Source: Lingula anatina (taxonomy: Eukaryota; Animalia; Brachiopoda). Taken from it: a stretch of DNA of 64,000 nucleotides. The notes beneath the pieces are model-generated. The model did no database searches. It was not told the origin of the DNA and worked only from the letters and a program-made list of their open reading frames with translations. The position numbers and the translations under genes are program-made. Each line of letters begins with the position of its first letter. Positions within the stretch are counted from its first letter, which is position 1. Where the stretch lies: contig CM120647.1 of the NCBI GenBank assembly GCA_051362555.1, forward strand, positions 10,292,001 to 10,356,000, written 5' to 3'. This document shows positions 10,811 through 24,017 of the stretch, piece after piece.

Positions 10811-12691
10811 TGTCTTTGTATAAACTTACGTCTACTTGGAACTTGGAACACAGAAGAAAACCTCCTTAGAGCTTTTGCTGAAAATGGCACTCAAAGTCTG
10901 AGAGTCATTCGTTTTTGACACAAAGAGCATTTATGACAGAACTAAACTTGAGCAAGTCTTTTTGCACGCTCCTGTCAGAGTTATAACTGTGGGAAGCTCT
11001 GTACTCTCTGCCTGTAAGTCTTGTCAGAGTTTAACTGACAGATATCTCCTCGAGGACAGTTGATCGACTTGTCGTGAGTAGAGAAACGGTGCCATAGCAC
11101 ATAAAGACAACTGTTCTGTAGCTGTTTAACTCAAGTAAAGACAAAACACTGGCTTTTCACAGCATAAAAGTCGAGAATATTATCCTAATGCCATTCTACA
11201 ACACCAACATTGTCAGGCGGACGCGACAGCTCGCTTGGCAGTCCGCAAAGACAGTGAAGTATGATACATATGACAATTTCTAACAGCCACAAAACACATG
11301 TGGTCTATATTTCTGTCCAGCTCATCATCATCCATTTCAGGGCCCAAGGATGTAACATAGTGTACAACTCAATCATTGCATGAAGAAGCCTGAAAACTCA
11401 GCTTCAGGGCCCCAAAGTATGTAACACAGGTGCCCTATGAGCATATCTATTAGCAATGACAGTCAGTGAAATTGCTGAAACTTTCACCAACCATATGGCG
11501 GCTTTTAGGGCTGACACCATGTTTAAGATAATGGTTACGAAATGCTTAAATACTCGTCCCAATTTCGGGCCAGAGACCCAGAGAGCTCATTCCCAAAGAA
11601 ACTGCAATTCTACTTAGATCAACCCAACTCTACGGGGATCTTTCACTCAATGCAATCAGTTTAACAGCTTAACACACCTCTATTTGACAATGAGTCGGAG
11701 ACAGAAAAGATGGAGATTATACTAGAACAGTGGTGACAAGACAAAATTATTTCGTTGATGCCCAGAAGCTGCATGATTAAGAGTTGTAACTGCTTGCAGG
11801 GCAGTAGGGTACCAGCTGTCGGGACTAAGTCACACTGCTTAATTATTCCCTCATTAAAATTTTTGTTCCACACCCAAGGCAAAATTTTAGAATGAAATCA
11901 TTAAATTAAAAATTTATTAATAAAATACAGCATTTAACTTTTGGTGGGAGTTGGTGGCATTTTTTGCATGTTACAAGCACCCACTGATGGTATATATGTA
12001 AGTTAATTACGATGGATCATCAAGTGCATTTAATCCCAGGCTGATACTCATCAATGAAATTTCTAAAAATATTTCAAATAAAATTTTTTCATCTTAAAAA
12101 AACTTTGGTGTTTCTCATTTTTCCTGGTGACAGGTTAAGCAGCAAGATGACAATCTGTTGCAATGCACACCAAAATATTCTACTGCCCCTGACAAAAAAA
12201 GTTTGAAGAATCTCTAACTTGTACAGTAGGCATATCTTTATGAGATATTAACAGCACGTATGTCAGTCTCTGGGCACTATTTCTCAAAAAGTTCTATTTT
12301 TGAGCTAAGCCTATATATATGATATACTTGGAATATTTTTTAATCCAAGCAAAAAAATATCGGTGCACTTCACAAAGTGCATAATCTGCCTATCAATAAA
12401 ACATCTTTCAGTAAAAAAAAAACTCAAACATCTTTGAACGGATGCCATGTGACAGCTTGCAGACGACATGACAAGTCATTCTTTCTAATATGCTGGGGAC
12501 ACTTGTATCTTCAGAACTATTAGCTTACAGGGACAACAACTCTTCATATCAGATCTATGTTTCACAATATATACATGATTGTAAACAACTCATAGAAATA
12601 TAATATATTTTATTTTACCACAAAAACAGCAGTTATAGTAATTTTTTTTTAATTTGTGCCTGTCATTGGACCACGTGACCTTCATAGATAG

Positions 12692-12847
12692 CTATACTCT
12701 GTAATAATCTCTTAAGAGATTATCGAAAAAAAAAAAAAAAAAAAAAAAACCTTTTAGAAAAAACCAGGGACAATCCTTGAATGTAGAAATGGATTCATTA
12801 CCCAATGGTTAGCATGAGAAAATTGTCGATTACCCCAGGAAAATTCA
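12692..12847. repeat. Dispersed repeat; inverted diverged copy at ~31030-31170
   Basis: TAATAATCTCTTAAGA-ATTAT...TTGAATGT...ATGGATTCATTA...TTACCCCAGGAAAAT matches the reverse complement of 31030-31170. Confidence 0.65.
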
Positions 12848-14227
12848 ATTTTTGGCCAAAATGAACAGTTGTTATCCTCTTAACTTGGACAAGGTCAAAG
12901 TCCAAATATGACCACCTTTATTTTTAACTCTGGGATTTTATTTAAGTTTTCAATATCAAAATCCATTCATTTATCTATTTATGATCTCAAGTTTTAAGTC
13001 TTAAAATGACCATAGTGGAAACAAGTCTTCAGACTATTCTGATAATCCTATGATTTTATGTAGGTCTTCAATATCTGAAACAAAATTTTTTCATTTATTT
13101 AAATTCTACAAGGAAATATGAGATGAGAATATTTGATGAGGTCAAACAAACTGATTACTGTCTGAGGCACCCTATCTAAAAAAAAAGTAGAAAAAATTCT
13201 AATAAATATGATAGAAGTGTTTCATGTCATGCTCATGAAAATGCCTTGAAATTAACCCCTAAAATGAAAAAAAAAAGTCAAACAGTAACAAACATTTCTA
13301 CACTAAGACCAGTAATTCCATGTCACTGCCAGTAAGAATCCCCACTTAGGTAATTAACTGCCTAAATGTCGTGGGAAATGGGTTAAATGCTGCCATCCAG
13401 CAGGTAAAATACACCTTTACGTGAATTCATGCCTTCTAGTCAGTCAAACACGGGCCATCAATGTTCCATCAATCTGCAACCAAAGCAATTTACCTGTAAT
13501 TAAACAAATTTGTTCTGTAGGTTGGAAAAGCCTGTGCAGGAACATATATACTACACCTATTTCTCCCTGTAAATTAAACTGAAACTAGTATATATATGCG
13601 AACTTCAAAATAGCAATGTTGGCCATGGGATTACATGGATAAATCTAGTGAAAAAAGTGAAAAAAAGAAGAAAAAAGTGAAAAAAAGAAAAAAAACTTTA
13701 AGAATATAATAAACAACATACTTTCCTTCAATAGTTTTCTAGCATTTGACAGTTGTCACTCTATGAAAATATAAAAACCGTGTTTTTGGTCTTCAATCCT
13801 CAATCCTAAAAATATTGCAATTGCTTATTTTTTCACGCAATCCAACCCTGAAAGGAGCTGAGGGTATATTATATCAACTAGACATATGGTGAAAATGCAG
13901 AAGAAATTAAACATATATGAATCAGTATCAAACATAAACATATTAAACTAGATCATGTTATTCAATAATTAATGCAATACAGAAATGCAAGAATATAGGG
14001 CGACTTATTACAAATACAATTTCAATAGTATTTTATTCATCATACAATATACCTTCAATATCAAAACCATCGAATATGCAGACCACATAATCACCATATG
14101 AATTCCTTCTAGTCTAGTGACATCACCAATTACTTGACTCAAAACTTTCATAGCATCACTGAGTTATACACCGTTACCATAACGACCAAGTTAAAACCAT
14201 ATTATAACCAAGTGGTCCATTTCTCAC

Positions 14228-14336
14228 CTTGTGAAGCTCCTGCACCGCCACCGCCACCAATTCCACGGGAGGAAATATTCTCCAACTTGCTCGCCACCGC
14301 CTCCAAACGGTTTACTAGGGCTTCCAACTGGGCCAT
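14228..14336 (-). CDS. CAP1: CAP canonical first coding segment (N-terminal RLE oligomerisation motif)
   Basis: MAQLEALVNRLEAVASKLENISSRGIGGGGGAGASQ, then CAAG|GTGAG phase-1 donor. 'LV-RLE-V---LE' is the CAP N-terminal signature. Confidence 0.93.
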
Positions 14337-14813
14337 CACGACAGGATCAACCTCTTCCTCTTCCTTACGGACCTCTTTAGGGGGTGTGGGTGCCTTCTGC
14401 TTCACCAAGTGCTCAGGTACTTTAAAAACAGGGGGTCTTGGGGCGTGGCGCTTGGCTGAAGATACAGAATTGGTGCTGTCTTGGCTTGTGGGTCGTGTTT
14501 CTACTTTAGTGACCTCTGGTGGTGGCGGAGATTTCCCCTTTTTCACAGGAGGAGGGGCACTGACTGGTGCTGAGCTCTCTACTGTCTGTGACTTTTGAAC
14601 TTTGACCTCAGGCTCTTGAACCTCAGGCTGAACTTCTTTTGCAGGCGAGGGTGTCTTTTCTTTTGTTTTACTAGGTGCCTTTACCTCGACAGTATGAGCT
14701 GGCTCTGGTGTATTTTTGGGTTTTTGTTCCAACTGTTCGTCTGTGACTTCAGTAACCTTGTATTTCTCTGGGCTGCTACCTTTACAACAACATAAGAATC
14801 CTCTTGAAGGCAT
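14228..14813 (-). CDS. CAP1: Putative long CAP isoform with a 159-aa N-terminal extension in frame with the canonical start
   Basis: Uninterrupted ORF MPSRGFLCCCKG...EEEEVDPVV-MAQLE. A good upstream acceptor CTAATTTCACGTTTCAG| lies at 14956-14958 and a donor ATAAG|GTAAGT at 15087. Confidence 0.7.
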
Positions 14814-15318
14814 TATACTTTATACTTTGGGTCAAGGTCATTTCAGGGTTAAGGTCATAACACCTTAATGTCAAGGTCACTTTTCCCTGAGAGTTGAGTT
14901 TACCCTGTGGTCAAGACTAGTGGCACTTGGACTCAGCCCTTCACTTTACTTAAAGCTGAAACGTGAAATTAGGCTGCTCGAGAATTGTCATCAGCAGAGA
15001 ATTCTTTCCAGCCAGTATATAGGTAGGCATATAACTGGTAGCTCAAATGACAACCTAAACATAACTTTATAATTTACAGTCACTTACCTTATATATAATG
15101 AATTGTTTCAATTGCAATAAAAAATATTTCATTTTTATGCAGATTTGGTGCAAGAATGATTACATGTGCGTGGTTCTGTCTCTCTCTCTCTCTTAGCCCC
15201 AGCTTTTTCTGTCTCTCCCTCCCTCTCCTTCTTTCTCCCTCTCTCTTTTTCCTTCTTTCACAAACACAGGCACACATGCATGCAAATACACACACTTCTG
15301 TCTTTCTCCACACATACA

Positions 15319-15325
<7 letters not shown>

Positions 15326-15374
<49 letters not shown>
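15326..15374. repeat. (CT)n microsatellite
   Basis: Direct read; explains the spurious REREREs/LSLSLS ORFs. Confidence 0.95.
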
Positions 15375-15379
<5 letters not shown>

Positions 15380-16249
15380 CACTGCTATTTTCCGTCAGTT
15401 CCCCTCACCTTTCAGTATAGAAAGCAGCAGCAGACATTTTCTACCAAACATAAAGCATCTTCAATTATTTACATTGTAAATCCTGCACTATGAGCCACCA
15501 GTTACAACCTTGTATATATATATACTGCTGTGAAAAGTTGCGCAGGTAAGTAGAAGTCAAAAAAGGAGATTTCCAAATTAATCATGTGCGTGCAAACAAT
15601 CCACACTGCCACGTTCCGATTAATGTTAGTCAAAGAAACAGTGCAGTCAGCAAAGACACCCACTTAGTAAGATTTTTAATCAAGGTGGAACGACACACGC
15701 CTGTAGAGGTAAACAAGATGCAGGGGCCATCTCAATATCACATAACAACATTAATATGTTAATCTCCAACATACACATGTCAAAACTGTGACAGTCTATT
15801 GACTTATGGATTTTGCATTGATTTCCAATTGTTTTGTATAATGGGTGCAGCAAAATGAGATGTTCTATGTAAGGGTGTGAACTACAAACTGTTTGACTTT
15901 ACTCTAATATTTTTCAAGCAAAGCGTTTTTTGGACAGTAGTCAAAAACTGCAAGCTTCTAATCTAGACACAGCAAACAGAGAAGAAATATGCTTCAACTA
16001 TGTTTAACTTCAAATTAAAAACACTGATTATGTTGTCACTATCAAAAGTGAAACAATATTAAACATGCCACTAAAAAACTTAGACATGCAACTGATATTT
16101 GATAGTGTTTTCTTTATGCATTTTAAAGTAATTTAATTAATTTCACTTTCAAAACAGTATTCCATGAAAGTATTTAAATACAACAATTTAATTACAACTG
16201 CAGATTTTAAGAGCGTTTTCCAAACTGGACTTGTACACAGCATCTATGA

Positions 16250-16251
<2 letters not shown>

Positions 16252-16309
<58 letters not shown>
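16252..16309. repeat. (TTA)n microsatellite
   Basis: Direct read. Confidence 0.95.
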
Positions 16310-16310
<1 letters not shown>

Positions 16311-16954
16311 CCCACAGGGATTAAGTGAGGCAAATTATATGGTCATTGGAAGCTTAGTGTTAAAACAGACATGTTATTTTTACCAGATTTTCAAAACTGA
16401 GGAAAAATGCATTAAAAAATATATATATTAGTGAAATTAAAATATAAATCTAAAATTTTCTTCGTCTTTATGGACATACTAAGATTTGAAAAATGTATGT
16501 ATTGAGATGGTCCCTGTCTAGTATATCCCCCATAAAGAAGTGTAAAGAGGATTACAATCCAGTCACAGCAATGGGAGCAAAACTAAGTGCCACAGCAATA
16601 AAACCAGAGTGATCACCAGGCATGAGCACACAGGGGGCAGCTCAAAACTCAACAAGGGGATGACCTAGATAACAAGAGCATTCAGGGGGTGTATCAAAAC
16701 ACCCAGGTGTGAAATATGTGACATGTCCCCTTGAGGGACCCCCTAGTTTTAGACCTCAATGGAAACTTACTATTTCACATCAGCATGTCTCTGCTGTTTC
16801 TAGTAACACCCTGAATATCAAAAGTCGCTGGAAACTTCCCTTCTCATTATCAACATGCCCATGATTGGGGTGAGTTTCCAGTTCTGACCCTCAGGGTGTA
16901 TCCAAGGGGTAAATTTAATTTTCTTTACTAATTTTGACTTAAATATAATCACTA

Positions 16955-19900
16955 AACTAGAGGATCAGAGAGGCGATACCGCCTCCGAATATTGTACCAC
17001 CAGCTGGAGCAAGCGCATTCGTATAGACCCCCACATACACAAAGTAAGGGACACAGCCACCAGTCTTGTGCTTGACAAGCTGTAAAAATGCAATCAACAA
17101 GAATTTTCAAAATATGCAAAAAATATATATAACTTAAAATGGTACAATCAAAGTGAATTCATCGTAAGGTAGCTCAAAGGTCAATTTCAAGGTCACAGTA
17201 AATTGCCAGTATATGACTTCCTATTCAAGTTTAATAGTAACTATGGACCTATCTCTGCCAGTTTTGGAGATAAAAGGGAAGCAAAATTCGCAAAGTTCAG
17301 TTCATGGTGAAAAGTAGGCCAAAGGTCAATTTTAAGGTCACATTTAGATTGCCAGTATATGACTTCCTATTGAACTTCAATAGTAACTATGGACCTATCT
17401 CTGCCAGTTTTGGAGATAAAAGGGAAGCAAAATTTGCAAAGTTCAGTTCATGGTGAAAAGTAGGTCAAAGGTTAATTTCAAGGTCACAGTAAGATTGCCA
17501 GTATATGACTTCCTATTCAACTTCAATAGTAACTATGGACCTATCTCTGCCAGTTTTGGAGATATAAGGGACTAAATGTTATAATTTTGGAGTTACCATA
17601 ATGTGCCATAAATTTCCTACAGAAAAAATTAATTAAAATAAAGAAAAGGTCATTTTGGTCAAAATTCTTGAAATGGGAGGTCTTCTGAAGTTCGAGATGT
17701 TCAAATTTGATGATATAATGTCATTTTTGACCACGAGTTGTCTGCTTTGCCAAGCCTTATGTTTTATTTTTCTGCAGTTCAAAATTTATTATCCATTACC
17801 GTACTGCACATTTTGCTTTCACCACCAATGTACTTTTTGATACAGCGTAACTTTGGAGATAAAAGGGAAGCAAAATTTGCAAAGTTCAGTTCATGGTGAA
17901 AAGTAGGTCAAAGGTCAATTTTAAGGTCACATTTAGATTGCCAGTATATGACTTCCTATTCAAGTTCTATAGTAATTATGGACCTATCTCAGCCAGTTTT
18001 GGAGAAAAATGGGAAGCAAAATTTGCAAAGTTCAGTTCATGGTGAAAAGAAGGTCAAAGGTCAATTTCAAGGTCACAGTAAATTGCCAGAATATGACTTC
18101 ATATTTAACTTCAATAGTAACTATGGACCTATCTCTGCCAGGTTTGGAGTTAAAAGAGAAAGAAATTAGCAGAGTTCAGTTCATGATAATAAGTAGGTCA
18201 AAGGTCAATTTCACGGTCACACTTAGATTGCCAGGATATGACTTCCTATTCAAGTTCAATAGCAACTATGGACCTATCTCTGCCAGTTTTGGAGATAAAA
18301 AGGAACCAAAATTTGCAAAGTTCAATTCATGGTGAAAAGTAAGTCAAAGGTCAATTTCAAGGTCACATATAGATTGCCAGTATATGAATTCCTATTCAAC
18401 TTCAATAGTAACTATGGACCTATCTCTGCCAGGTTTGGAGTTAAAAGAGAAAGAAATTAGCAGAGTTCAGTTCATGGTGAAAAGTAGGTCAAAGGTCAAT
18501 TTTAAGGTCACATATAGATTGCCAGTATATGAATTCCTATTCAACTTCAATAGTAACTATGGACCTATCTCTGCCAGGTTTGGAGTTAAAAGAGAAAGAA
18601 ATTAGCAGAGTTCAGTTCATGGTGAAAAGTAGGTCAAAGGTCAATTTTAAGGTCACATTAAGATTGCCAGTATATGACTTCCTATTCAAGTTCAATAGAA
18701 AATATGGACCTATCTCTGCCAGTTTTGGAGATAAAAGGGAAGCAAAATTTGCAGAGTTCAGTTCATGGTGAAAAGTAGGTCAAAGGTCAATTTTAAGGTC
18801 ACATTTAGATTGCCAGTATATGACTTCCTATTCAAGTTCAATAGTAACTATGGACCTATCTCTGCCAGTTTTGGAGAAAAAAGGGAAGCAAAATTTGCAA
18901 AATTCAGTTCATGGTGTAAAGTAGGTCAAAGGTCAATTTTAAGGTCACAATTAGATTGCCAGTATATGACTTCCTATTCAAGTTCAATAGTAACTACGGA
19001 CCTATCTCTGCCAGTTTTGGAGATAAAAGGGAAGAAAAATTTGCAAAGTTCAGTTCATGGTGAAAAGTAGGTCAAAGGTCAATTTTAAGGTCACACATAG
19101 ATTGCCAGTATATGACTTCCTATTCAAGTTCAATAGTAACTATGGACCTATCTCTGCCAGTTTTGGAGATAAAAGAAAAGCAAAATTTGCAAAATTCAGT
19201 TCATGGTGTAAAGTAGGTCAAAGGTCAATTTTAAGGTCACAATTAGATTGCCAGTATATGACTTCATATTCAAGTTCAATAGTAACTACGGACCTATCTC
19301 TGCCAGTTTTGGAGATAAAAGGAAAGCAAAATTTGCAAAGTTCAATTCATGGTGAGAAGTAGGTCAAAGGTCAATTTTAAGGTCACATATAGATTGCCAG
19401 TATATGACTTCCTATTCAAGTTCAATAGTAACTATGGACCTATCTCTGCCAGTTTTGGAGATAAAAGGGAAGCAAAATTTGCAAACTTCAGTTCATGGTG
19501 AAAAGTAGGTCAAAGGTCAATTTCAAGGTCACAGTAAGATTGCCAGTATATGACTTCCTATTCAACTTCAATAGTAACTATGGACCTATCTCTGCCAGTT
19601 TTGGAGATATAAGGGACTAAATGTTATAATTTTGGAGTTACCATAATGTGCCTTAAATTTCGTACAGAAAAAATTAATTAAAATAAAGAAAATGCTATTT
19701 TGGTCAAAATTCTTGAAATAGGAGGTGCTCTGAAGTTTCAGAAGTTCAAATTTGATGAAATAATGTCATTTTTGAACACAAGTTGTCTGCTTTGCCAAGC
19801 CTTATGTTTTATTTTTCCAGAGTTCAAAATTTATTATCCATTACCGTACTGCACATTTTGCTTTTACCACCAATATGTACTTTTTGATACAGCGTAACTC

Positions 19901-20589
19901 GAAAACCGTATGGAATACAAAAAAACCGAGACCACCCCCAGTGTTGGGCTTTACATGCTCTACAAAATGCAAAAAAGAATGGGTCTCTAGCATTAACGGT
20001 TCCCGAATTAGAGACAGTTTTCAGTTTCGGTATCTTATGGCCGCTACTCCCGTGAAAATGCACCGATTGACCCTAAATTCATGGAGATGAAAGATGACCT
20101 GAAGGGTAACACTTTCCAATAATATTATTGGTTAAGTCTGTGTAGTGTCTGAATAACAGGGCAAAAAAAAATTTTTTCGTAAAAAATTTCATTTTTTTGA
20201 AAATTTTGGCCCATTTGACCTTGAAGTAAAGGTCAAAGGTCAAATCCAAGGGTATATTTGAAATCTACACATATGACTTTTGGAAAGCTGTCTATAGAAA
20301 TTTTTCCCATAACTCCTTCCATAGGGTAGATAATTAGCATTTAATTTTGCCATTTTTAGACAAGGGTGCATTGTAATGAGTGCCACACCCAGACCCCAAT
20401 ACCGACAAAGCCCAAATTTTACGTGGAACGAGGTGAGATTATAGGTGACCTAAATCCATGAGATGGGTATGGGGGCCCTTACCGTCTAGGAGGAGAAGCG
20501 GTAACGGTAGCCGTCCGGCGGAGCCGGCGGAACGATCCGGACGGGACCGAAACCATGTGTACCGCCAGCGCTAACGCTGGTGGTACAAT
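16955..20589. mobile_element. Non-autonomous Helentron-associated (HINE/DINE-1-like) element with an internal tandem array
   Basis: Exact 14-bp subterminal inverted repeats ATTGTACCACCAGC (16991-17004) and GCTGGTGGTACAAT (20576-20589). Terminal hairpin TGTACCGCCAGCG-CTAA-CGCTGGTGGTACA (20558-20587); 5' hairpin GAGGCG-ATAC-CGCCTC (16970-16985); CGG/ACGG-rich tract near the 3' end. No coding capacity. Confidence 0.8.
17150..19615. repeat. ~146-bp tandem repeat array (~15 units in blocks of ~3 and ~12)
   Basis: Unit AGGTCAAAGGTCAATTT(C/T)AAGGTCACA...GATTGCCAGTATATGACTTCCTATTCAAGTTCAATAGTAACTATGGACCTATCTCTGCCAGTTTTGGAGATAAAAGGGAAGCAAAATTTGCAAAGTTCAGTTCATGGTGAAAAGT. It is interrupted by a ~285-bp spacer (17565-17851) that recurs at 19610-19897. 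Confidence 0.97.
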
Positions 20590-22204
20590 TAATACATTTG
20601 TAAAGACAACAGATACATTGCCAAAAGCAATATAAATTTCAGTGATGGTCAAAAACAGCTATAGAATAAATTCTGTATTTTAGCCATCGTAATTTTGTCT
20701 CAAATTCTTCTCACCTGAGTTGGTGATACGCCCCCTGGCAAGTTTACTTGCCATAAAATACAGGTAAAGTTCAACATTAGCATACTTCAAATGCCACTTT
20801 AACATTCAGATGTATCATAGCAACTGTACTGCCAAAGAAATTTATTAAAATTCTAAGACTAAGGTAAAAAACTTTATAAATACAAAAACTGGCAAAATTA
20901 CAATCTACTCTGATACTGTTAGACAGAAAATTTTCAAATTCATAAAAGAATTTATTCAAGACTATATGTGACAGATTCGCAAGACATAAGGCTACTAGTA
21001 AGGAAATAATATATGGCAGTGCAAATCAGATCTCGAAAATTAATACACATACTAGTAATACAATAAGACTTTGAAGGGCAAATAATCTGAAATACATACA
21101 AAAGTCTCATGGATAAAAGAATGTATGATAAAGGAAATCCTTGTTACAAATCAAAATTGAAACATATTTCATTTGTTTCACTTTAGATGATAAGTATGCA
21201 TTGCTGGTCGAAGTGCATACATATTTTGATAAAATTCAAATATTTTACTGTTTGACATAAAGCCAAAGACAAATCTAAGGAGAGAGACCCCCCCCCCCCC
21301 CCCCACCCCAGCACCTACTGGTGAAATACTAGCCTAGAATTCCAATAAACTAATGAATGAAATATTCAAATATGTTGGTAAAATTTCTCTGACCACATAC
21401 CATCAGGGCATCTTTAAGATATAAATTTTATCTTATTTTTTTCTTTTGAAAATCTATATATTGTAAGATATAAACTCACAAAAACCTGATATAAGTAATT
21501 CTGTAGAACAAAAATTTTTAATGCATAAAATTTGGTCATATTTTCAGTTTTTAATCAATTCAACATAAAAACAACTTAATAAAACCTTCAAATTCTTTCA
21601 AATAAATTGACGCCTAATGCCAAATAACAAACCAAATTCCATGAGCAGATTTGTGCCCTTTAAAATTTGTCCAAAGATATAAAGACAACATATTACTCCC
21701 ACAAGTAGGTCAAAGTGACACAAATCACCTTTCAAACCAAATATAACCATGACTCATTCCCTATCAGGGTAATATATCCACATTTCCATACAAGGCAATA
21801 TATTGTCATTGGGCATGACACAATCCATAATGTCACATGGATATAAATCTAGTATATATGGAAAAAATATGACATGTGGTTTGGGAGCAATCATCTTGAT
21901 AACAATTTAGAGGTGGCATATTGTGTGGTGGCAGATAGTAATTATATGATAAGGCTGATTTGGGATACATATACTTGTATATATATTAAATCTATACTGT
22001 GTATCAGCACTAAATCACAGGTTGACTGACAAGATCCGAAGACATCACTTATTTTTTCAAATATGTAACAACGATTTATTCTTTGTGGTGTCCTTCTTGA
22101 TAAGTACACAGGAATTTCAAATGAGCTATGCTAAAGCATACTGCTGTAAATCTAATTATTCTGTAATGTAAAAATAGGATGACACCCAAGCCCCAGGGCA
22201 AGTG

Positions 22205-22329
22205 CAGTAATATCTCGATCTTTTCAATGGGGGAAAATTATCAATTTTACAGATACTATATTTGTAAGTTAATGATTTCTTAAAATTAGAACATTCTATT
22301 TGAATGTTGCAAAAAAATAATTATAATAA

Positions 22330-22376
<47 letters not shown>

Positions 22377-22516
22377 AAAAGCCAGGCTACTCTATAGTTC
22401 TTTTCAAAGCAGTAAAAGCACTACAAATGCAATATAGAAATATAATTTAGTGTTCATAAAACTATGTTGGAAAGTTTGATCATTTTAGCCCGTTGAAAAG
22501 ATCGAGTCATTAACAC
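22205..22516. mobile_element. MITE with terminal inverted repeats (Tc1/mariner-pogo-like CAGT start), containing (TAAA)n
   Basis: CTCGATCTTTTCAATGGG (22214-22231) versus CCCGTTGAAAAGATCGAG (22489-22506), 17/18 inverted match. Second partial copy at 9584. Confidence 0.6.
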
Positions 22517-23343
22517 ACTAATTTGATCAAAGCATGAGAGGAAATTTACAAGCCACACCTCGTATCATCTCAAAGTTTTACAATGTAAATGTGTAAGTAA
22601 ACCACTGGTAGATGGGTTTCTTTTTAACACAGAACAGAAGAAAGTGAATGTAAAATGTTTATCGGGTCAAAAGAATGGAAAGTGATAAGTTTTGTGAAGA
22701 AAACAAAAAACACCTTCAGATGAATAAGAAACCAAAACAAGAATAAGACTTTTAATTTGTTATTTTGGAATCTTTGACATAATCTAAAAATGTATAATGT
22801 ACTTTCTGATACTAATCAGGAAATAGCCAGTCACAAATGTTTATATCATTATTATAAATTTGATGGACACTATATGAAGGTAGTGGGTGTTATAAAAGCA
22901 AGAAAGGTTAGTTATCTTAGCACTTAATGTGAGAAGCCCCTTCCTCACCTAACATTTAATGGTTTCGGTCACGTACCCGAGGTCGTGGATCAAATTAGGT
23001 CAAACTTCTTTCCCTTAAAATGCCCTTTACAACAAATTGTTTATACGTATCAGCAGACTTCAAAAATCTTCAAAAATCTTCCAGAGTGCCACACAGTATG
23101 TCAAATTTTACAAAATAATGACAGTGATGTAGAATACCCAATGAAAACATTCAACCGGCGTTTTAAAGAAAGGGGGCTGCCATATTTAGTCATCGACGAG
23201 TTGAGTCATTCATACATGCTGTTTTCTTCGCTATTCTACATATAAGCTTTAAAAACCTGGTCTTTTATTAAACAATAACTCTAGTGCATAGCACCTACTG
23301 CATGCCAAGCTTCAGATGTAGGTTTACTAGTCCGAAAACTTAC

Positions 23344-23480
23344 CAACTCTGAGGTCCCCGACTCACTTCCTAGTTATGGGGCGGGTTACCGGAAACGAAA
23401 GGCATGACGGGAGAGAGGGAAGTAGAAATGGAAAGCAGGTGTGTCAGGTGCGCTAAAAAAGGATGCGTCAGACAAGAGCG
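23344..23480 (-). promoter_or_regulatory. Probable CAP promoter and non-coding first exon
   Basis: Local CpG/GC-rich patch with GC box GGGGCGGG, ETS-like ACTTCC/CCGGAA and CRE half-sites TGACG/CGTCA. Pyrimidine-rich initiator-like tract on the minus strand; minus-strand donors TTG|GTAAGT (23343) and GAA|GTGAGT (23366). Confidence 0.55.
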
Positions 23481-24017
23481 ACTTTATTTGAAAAACAAAT
23501 ATTTAATAGTCAATGTAAGTAAACATATTCGACGAACTTTGTTTATTCGTGCATGAGCATTATTACAGTGAATATTTGAAAACTTTTCCCCCAGTTTTGG
23601 CCAAAACTCGTAAAATTTGGATGACCTAAAGATGATCCAATACATTATCTTATCTGACAATTAATTTAAATATTATCATGAATATGAATTGTCATTTTGT
23701 TATTGTCATAAATTATGTTATCTTGTTATTGTCATAAATTATGTTTTTGTTTAAAAGGTCCAAGGGAAGAGACAAATTAACGAATACCCTAAACACCTCT
23801 CTCTCTTTTTTCTCTCTCTCTCTCTCTCCCCCTCTCTCTCTCTCGATAAATGGCATGTAAAATGCCTCCTTCCCCAAAGGCAACAAAGGCTAATTCTTAC
23901 AATCCTCACAAATAGTTAAAGTAGTTCAAATAAACGACAGCAAAGTGTGACCAATGTGACAGTTGTGACAATTGTTGTGCCATGATTGTGTTATCGCCTT
24001 GGTGGCAGCAACCCTGC

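Noticed and set aside
15270-15300. UGCAUG plus GUGUG composite (Rbfox/SUP-12-like) on the CAP sense strand
   Set aside because: Embedded in a (CA)n-like microsatellite where such motifs arise by chance, and not adjacent to a regulated splice site.
15089-16431. ORFs rich in RE/LS/poly-L
   Set aside because: Translations of (CT)n and (TTA)n microsatellites.
17150-19615. Array as CRISPR, or its repeated ORFs as genes
   Set aside because: Contiguous identical-type units with no unique spacers, no cas genes and a eukaryotic context; the ORFs are repeat translations.
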